DNA of 32,135 nucleotides from contig CAZSRZ010000057.1 of the NCBI GenBank assembly GCA_964609085.1, positions 1-32,135 on the forward strand, written 5' to 3'. Shown piece by piece: positions 27,472 through 32,135 of the stretch. Below the pieces are notes generated by a model. The model ran no database searches. It was not told the origin of the DNA and was given only the letters and a program-made list of their open reading frames with translations. Both the position numbers and the translations under genes were made by a program. The stretch comes from an uncultured bacterium (GTDB lineage Bacteria > Armatimonadota > SYMT01). The number at the start of each line of letters is the position of its first letter. The first letter of the stretch is position 1.

Positions 27472-28920
27472 ATGGTTAATGCACACCCAGGGACGAACCT
27501 ACCGGCGGCCGGATCCGTCCGACCGGGCGCTCCCGCGCGCATCATCGTCGTGGACGACGAGCTCAACGTCGCCCGCGTCCTGACCAGCTTTTTCACCCGA
27601 CAGGGCTGGGAGGTGGCCACCTTCAACGATCCGACGGCGGCCGTGGCATCGCCAGCCGTCGCCGAAGCGGACGTCGTGCTGACCGACCTCTCCATGCCCG
27701 GGATGACCGGCGTGGAGATGATGGGGCAATTACGTGACCGCGGTTGCTCGGCCCCGGTCCTGGTCATCACGGCCTATGGGTCGATCGACAGTGCGGTGGG
27801 CGCGCTCAAGGAGGGGGCGTTCGACTACCTGACCAAGCCGTTCGAGTTGGACAAGGTCGAGGAAGCGGTCCGGCGGGCCTATCTGCAGCGTCAACTCGAC
27901 CTGTCGGCCCTGCCGCAGCCCATTCCGTCCTCCCAGAGCCACCTCGGCGGACTGATCGGGGGTACCGAGTGCATGCAGGGGGTCTACGCCCAGATCGAGC
28001 GGGCCGCCCGCAGCCGCGCAAACGTGCTCATTCTCGGCGAGAGCGGCACCGGCAAAGAGCTCGTCGCCCGGGCTCTGCATCAGCGCAGCGCCCGCGCCAA
28101 TCGGCGCTTCGTCGGCGTATCGTGCGCAGCGCTGCCCAGCGAGCTGCTCGAGAGCGAGCTGTTCGGACACGAGAAGGGGGCTTTCACCGGAGCCAACTGG
28201 CAGCGCATCGGTCGTTTCGAGTTGGCGGACGGCGGCACCCTGTTCCTGGACGAGATCGGCGACATCGATCTGTCGGTGCAGGCAAAACTGATGCGTGTGC
28301 TGCAGGAGCGGGAGATCGACCGCGTCGGCGGCACCAAACCGGTCAAGGTTGACGTGCGTCTGATCAGCGCGACCAACCGGGACCTGCTGGAAGCGATCGA
28401 CAAAGGGAGTTTCCGGGAGGACCTGTACTATCGCCTGAAAGTGATCGAAATCCGACTGCCCCCGCTGCGGGATCGCCGGGCTGACATCCCCGTGCTGGCT
28501 CATCACTTCCTGAGCCAGTTCAGCACGCGGGACGGCCGCGCGATCGCGGGATTCACCTCTGCGGCGCTGGAGGCGATTGAGGCGCACGCGTGGCCCGGTA
28601 ATGTGCGGGAGTTGGAGAATGCCGTCGAGTGCGCGGTCGCCATGGCCGATGACGACTGTCGCGAGATCGGCGCTCACCACCTGCCCCGGCATGTGCTGGG
28701 AATGGACCCGACCCAGCCCGTGGGCTGGATACGCGGTCGACTCCCCGAGGCACTCGATGCCACGGAACGGAGCATCGTGCTGGATGCGCTGAACGAGCAC
28801 AATTGGGACCTGGCGCGGACAGCCGACTCGCTCGGTGTGACTCTTCGAGGGCTGATGCATACGGTCCGCAAGCATCGCCTGAGCGGCCACAAGCGGGCTA
28901 GCCCAGTGATCCACTCCTGA
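27472..28920 (+). CDS. sigma-54-dependent response regulator (NtrC/Fis family: REC, AAA+, HTH)
   Basis: The REC domain starts IIVVDDE...DLSMPGM. Walker A is GESGTGKE. GAFTGA is the sigma-54 contact motif. There is a C-terminal Fis-type HTH. It starts 10 nt after the rpoN stop. Confidence 0.92.
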   Translation: MVNAHPGTNLPAAGSVRPGAPARIIVVDDELNVARVLTSFFTRQGWEVATFNDPTAAVASPAVAEADVVLTDLSMPGMTGVEMMGQLRDRGCSAPVLVITAYGSIDSAVGALKEGAFDYLTKPFELDKVEEAVRRAYLQRQLDLSALPQPIPSSQSHLGGLIGGTECMQGVYAQIERAARSRANVLILGESGTGKELVARALHQRSARANRRFVGVSCAALPSELLESELFGHEKGAFTGANWQRIGRFELADGGTLFLDEIGDIDLSVQAKLMRVLQEREIDRVGGTKPVKVDVRLISATNRDLLEAIDKGSFREDLYYRLKVIEIRLPPLRDRRADIPVLAHHFLSQFSTRDGRAIAGFTSAALEAIEAHAWPGNVRELENAVECAVAMADDDCREIGAHHLPRHVLGMDPTQPVGWIRGRLPEALDATERSIVLDALNEHNWDLARTADSLGVTLRGLMHTVRKHRLSGHKRASPVIHS

Positions 28921-28921
28921 T

Positions 28922-28960
28922 AGCCGCGGCTCCTTGTCTCTGGGTTATTGCCCCGCGGCC
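28922..28960. other. GC-rich inverted repeat between the convergent NtrC-like and argH genes
   Basis: GCCGCGG (28923-28929) and CCGCGGC (28953-28959) flank a loop of about 23 nt. It may be a bidirectional terminator. There is no clean U-tract. Confidence 0.2.
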
Positions 28961-30321
28961 GCCCAGACTTCCTCAGCGTGGCGCAACTGCTGCATCACCA
29001 AGTCCGGCGCGGTTCCCCCCTGCGACCGGCGTCCCCGCACGCTCGCGTCGACGCCGGCCACGTCGTCCGGTGCGAACTCGAACTCGCTGTGGAATCCCAT
29101 GAGCTCCTCCGGGCCGAGGGTCTCCAGCGTCCGGCCGTTCTCCTCACACCAGCGAACAATCCGGCCGACGACCTCATGAGCCTCTCGAAACGGGATGCCC
29201 CGCACTGAGAGAAAGTCCGCCAGGTCGGTCGCCGTGGAGTAGTCCCCGGCGGTCGCCGCGCGCATACGTTCGACCTCGAAGCGACTCCGGCGCAGCATCA
29301 CTTCCATGGCGGTGAGTGACCCTGCCACCGTCTCCAGGCTATCGAAGATCGCTTCCTTGTCCTCCTGCATGTCACTATCGTAGGCGAGGGGGATGCCCTT
29401 CATCGTCACGAGCAGTGAGGTGAGCGTCCCGTAGACCCGCCCCGTCTTGCCGCGGACAAGCTCGGCCACGTCCGGGTTCTTTTTCTGCGGCATGATCGAG
29501 CTGCCTGTGGAGACGCTGTCGCCGGGGGTGAAGAAGCCAAACTCGCGCGAACTCCAGAGTACCAACTCTTCGGCCAGCCGTGACAGGTGCATCTGGAGGA
29601 TGGCCAGCCCTGCCGCGAGTTCAAGCACAAAGTCCCGATCGGAAACATTATCCAGGCTGTTTTCCCCGACGCCGTCGAACCCCAACTCGTTAGCCGTAAA
29701 GGCACGGTTGATCGGGTAGGGCGCCCCGGCGAGGGCACCTGCTCCCAGGGGCAGAATGTTGGCGCGCCGCCGCCAGTCGACGAGCCGGCCCTGGTCGCGG
29801 CTGAGCATCCAGAAGTAGGCCAACAGATGATGGGCCAGCACGATCGGCTGGGCATGCTGGAGATGTGTGTAGCCAGGTAAGACCGTTTCCGTATGGCCGA
29901 TACTGAGGTCGAGTAGAGTTCGCTGGAGCGTACGCAGGCGGTTTTCAATGTCCTGCACCGCATCCCGCAGAAAGAGGCGGAGATCCGTGGCTACCTGGTC
30001 GTTGCGACTCCGCGCGGTGTGCAGCTTGCCGGCCACCGGGCCGATCCGCTCGCGGAGACGCGTTTCCACCCACGAGTGGATATCCTCGGCACCGGTCAGC
30101 ACTCCCATCCCCGGAACCTCCTCGAGGAGGTGACGGAGGCCGACCTCAATCGCCTCCGCCTCGGACGGCTCCAGGATCCCCGTGTGCGCGAGCATCCGGC
30201 AGTGCGCCAGGCTGCCGCGGATGTCGTGCACCGCCATCCGCTGGTCAAACGGTAGCGAGTGTGTGAAGGCCGCGACGATGGCATCCGGCTCTTCCGCGAA
30301 GCGCCCACCCCAGAGATTCAT
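28945..30321 (-). CDS. argH: argininosuccinate lyase
   Basis: The N-terminus is MNLWGGRFAEEPD. GSSIMPQKKNPD is the fumarate-lyase signature. Confidence 0.95.
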   Translation of the reverse strand: MNLWGGRFAEEPDAIVAAFTHSLPFDQRMAVHDIRGSLAHCRMLAHTGILEPSEAEAIEVGLRHLLEEVPGMGVLTGAEDIHSWVETRLRERIGPVAGKLHTARSRNDQVATDLRLFLRDAVQDIENRLRTLQRTLLDLSIGHTETVLPGYTHLQHAQPIVLAHHLLAYFWMLSRDQGRLVDWRRRANILPLGAGALAGAPYPINRAFTANELGFDGVGENSLDNVSDRDFVLELAAGLAILQMHLSRLAEELVLWSSREFGFFTPGDSVSTGSSIMPQKKNPDVAELVRGKTGRVYGTLTSLLVTMKGIPLAYDSDMQEDKEAIFDSLETVAGSLTAMEVMLRRSRFEVERMRAATAGDYSTATDLADFLSVRGIPFREAHEVVGRIVRWCEENGRTLETLGPEELMGFHSEFEFAPDDVAGVDASVRGRRSQGGTAPDLVMQQLRHAEEVWAAAGQ

Positions 30322-30349
30322 GGCCCGTGACCCCCTTGTCGCCGTGGTG

Positions 30350-31555
30350 CTAGGTTCCCGGGCCGCGGCGTAACCGGTTCACCTTCATCGGTAGTCCGAA
30401 CAGGTCGATGAAACCCCGGGCAGCCGTGATGTCGTACCCATCCATGGCGAAGCTGGCCAACGCCGGATCGTAGAGGCTGGTCGGGCTTTCCGCCGCCGCG
30501 ACCGTGGCCTTGCCCTTGAACAGGCGCAGCCGGACAGTGCCGTTGACCACCTGTTGGGTATGATCGACAAAGGCTTGTAGCGCTTCCCGCAGGGGATGGA
30601 ACCACTGCCCGTAGTACGTCAACTCAGCGTAGCGAAGCGCGACCTGCTGCTTGAAGTGGTAGGTGTCCCGCTCGAGGCAGAGATGTTCCACGGCCTTATG
30701 GGCTTCGTAGAGGATCGTGCCGCCAGGAGTTTCATAAGCCCCTCGGGACTTCATCCCCACGAGGCGGTTCTCGACCAATTGGATCTGCCCGACCGCATGT
30801 CGTCCGCCGACTTCATTCAACCGGGCGATCAACTCGTGGCCGGGAAGCCGCTGACCGTCCAGGGCGACGGGATTGCCGGCGGCGAACTCGAGCGTGACGT
30901 ACTCTGCCGTGTCGGGCGCGCGGGAAACAGGGACGGACATCACCCAGAGGTCGTCCTGCGGTTCGTTCGCGGGGTCCTCCAGGTCCGCGCCCTCATGACT
31001 GATGTGCCAGAGGTTCCGATCCCGGCTATAGATCTTGGCCTTCGTCTGCTCAATCGGGACGCCCTTGCGGATGGCATAGTCGATGGCGCTCTCGCGGTCG
31101 GTCAGCTCGAATGAGGGATCCTTCCAGGGCGCGACGATGCTCAGGGCAGGATCCAGCGCCATGTAGGTGAGCTCAAAGCGGACCTGGTCGTTGCCCTTCC
31201 CCGTCGCCCCGTGCGCCACCGCGTCCGCCCCGGTCTGGTGCGCAACTTCGACCTGATGTCGCGCGATGATCGGCCGAGCGATGCTGGTGCCGAGGAGGTA
31301 GTCCTCTTCGTAGGTCGCGTGCGCGCGGAGCATCGGGAAGCAGTAGTCCTCGGCGAATTCGCGCCGCAGATCCCGGACAATTACCTCGTCCGCCCCGCTG
31401 CGATACGCCTTCTCCTCGATGTTGGAAAGCTCGTCTCCCTGCCCAAGCTCGGCCGCAAAGGCGACCAGCTTCACCCCGGGATACCGCTCCTTGAGCCAGG
31501 GCAGGATCACGCTCGTATCGAGGCCCCCGCTATAGGCCAGCACAATCTTCTTCAT
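30350..31555 (-). CDS. argG: argininosuccinate synthase
   Basis: The N-terminus MKKIVLAYSGGLDTS is the PP-loop motif. I prefer the ATG at 31555, which has AGGAAAG upstream. The track ORF starts at 31579. Confidence 0.95.
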   Translation of the reverse strand: MKKIVLAYSGGLDTSVILPWLKERYPGVKLVAFAAELGQGDELSNIEEKAYRSGADEVIVRDLRREFAEDYCFPMLRAHATYEEDYLLGTSIARPIIARHQVEVAHQTGADAVAHGATGKGNDQVRFELTYMALDPALSIVAPWKDPSFELTDRESAIDYAIRKGVPIEQTKAKIYSRDRNLWHISHEGADLEDPANEPQDDLWVMSVPVSRAPDTAEYVTLEFAAGNPVALDGQRLPGHELIARLNEVGGRHAVGQIQLVENRLVGMKSRGAYETPGGTILYEAHKAVEHLCLERDTYHFKQQVALRYAELTYYGQWFHPLREALQAFVDHTQQVVNGTVRLRLFKGKATVAAAESPTSLYDPALASFAMDGYDITAARGFIDLFGLPMKVNRLRRGPGT

Positions 31556-31582
31556 TGAGGGTCTTTCCTGGATCGCCACACG

Positions 31583-32135
31583 TTAGCCGCCCAGGAGGAC
31601 GGCCAGCACGGCCTTTTGCGCATGGAGCCGGTTCTCGGCCTGATCGAAGACGACGCTGTTGGGGCCATCCATGACGGCCTCCGTCACTTCGTCGCCACGG
31701 TGTGCCGGCAGACAGTGCATGAAGAGGTAGTCAGGCTTCGCTACCCTGACGAGAGCCTCGTTCACCTGGAACGGCGCGAAGATCTTCGCTCGGGCGGCGG
31801 CCTCTGCTTCTTGCCCCATACTGGCCCAGACATCCGTGTAGATCACGTCAGCTCCCGTGCAGGCTTCCACCGGGTCGTTGGTGATCAGCACGGAGCCGCC
31901 GGACTCGCGCGCGGCCGCCGTAGCCAGTGTGACAAACTGGGCCTTCGGTTCATACCCAGCGGGGGAGGCGATCGCGACGTGCGCACCGATTCGGGCGGCT
32001 CCGAGCATCAGGGAGTTGGCGACGTTGTTGCCGTCGCCGATGTAGGCGATGCGGTGTCCCCGAACGCGGCCGCGGTGCACGCGGATCGTGAGCAGGTCGG
32101 CCAGCGCCTGGCAGGGATGCTCCAGATCAGAGAGA
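31583..32135 (-). CDS. argF: ornithine carbamoyltransferase, partial (N-terminus beyond window end)
   Basis: The reverse complement from the window end reads [27 protein letters not shown] (HPCQ motif). [13 protein letters not shown] follows further on. The stop is TAA at 31583. Confidence 0.9.
   Translation of the reverse strand, partial: LSDLEHPCQALADLLTIRVHRGRVRGHRIAYIGDGNNVANSLMLGAARIGAHVAIASPAGYEPKAQFVTLATAAARESGGSVLITNDPVEACTGADVIYTDVWASMGQEAEAAARAKIFAPFQVNEALVRVAKPDYLFMHCLPAHRGDEVTEAVMDGPNSVVFDQAENRLHAQKAVLAVLLGG

Noticed and set aside
28922-28960. inverted repeat between convergent genes, considered as an intrinsic terminator
   Set aside because: The stem is only about 7 bp with a large loop of about 23 nt and no U-tract. 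I list it as a weak feature only.

Overview
This 32.1 kb window is very GC-rich (~69-70%) and looks like core bacterial chromosome, not an accessory island. I found no mobile elements, CRISPR arrays, integrases or defence genes. Almost all long ORFs on the strand opposite a recognisable gene are low-complexity Arg/Gly/Ala/Pro shadow ORFs of the kind high GC produces, and I rejected them. I call 27 protein genes plus one tRNA.

Gene content, from start to end:
- Minus-strand secreted-protein cluster (1-5931): a partial M14 carboxypeptidase, a signal-peptide protein of unknown function, an M28 aminopeptidase, and a ~980-aa PSCyt1/DUF1549/DUF1553/LamG protein of the planctomycete-type family.
- An SDR oxidoreductase followed by a Tat-signal amidohydrolase, both on the plus strand (6113-8259).
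- tRNA-Cys(GCA) (8285-8356) and birA, both on the minus strand.
- A plus-strand run of apgM (archaeal-type iPGM), an HExxH protein, coaX, dusB and skp (9380-13770).
- A minus-strand run of an M28/glutaminyl-cyclase-like peptidase, prfB, a small acidic ORF and secA (13774-19314). prfB carries the classical programmed +1 frameshift (CTT TGA C with an upstream GGGGAGG).
- A minus-strand NfeD-like / flotillin (SPFH) / two-TM cation-channel operon with coupled stop/start codons (19498-22747).
- trxA abutting nadK, both on the minus strand.
- A plus-strand regulatory cluster in which rpoN (sigma-54) sits between a soluble hybrid histidine kinase and an NtrC-type sigma-54 activator (24324-28920).
- argF (partial), argG and argH on the minus strand.

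The observations I rate highest:
- The flotillin-NfeD-channel module.
- The rpoN gene embedded in its own two-component pair.
- A perfect 9-bp hairpin immediately 5' of the RF2 frameshift cassette.
- A terminator-like hairpin and a 16-bp perfect palindrome inside the NfeD-flotillin intergenic region.
- A PSCyt-family protein with no DUF1501 partner, flanked by secreted peptidases.

I did not find a clearly novel multi-gene system. Most of the window is ordinary housekeeping DNA.
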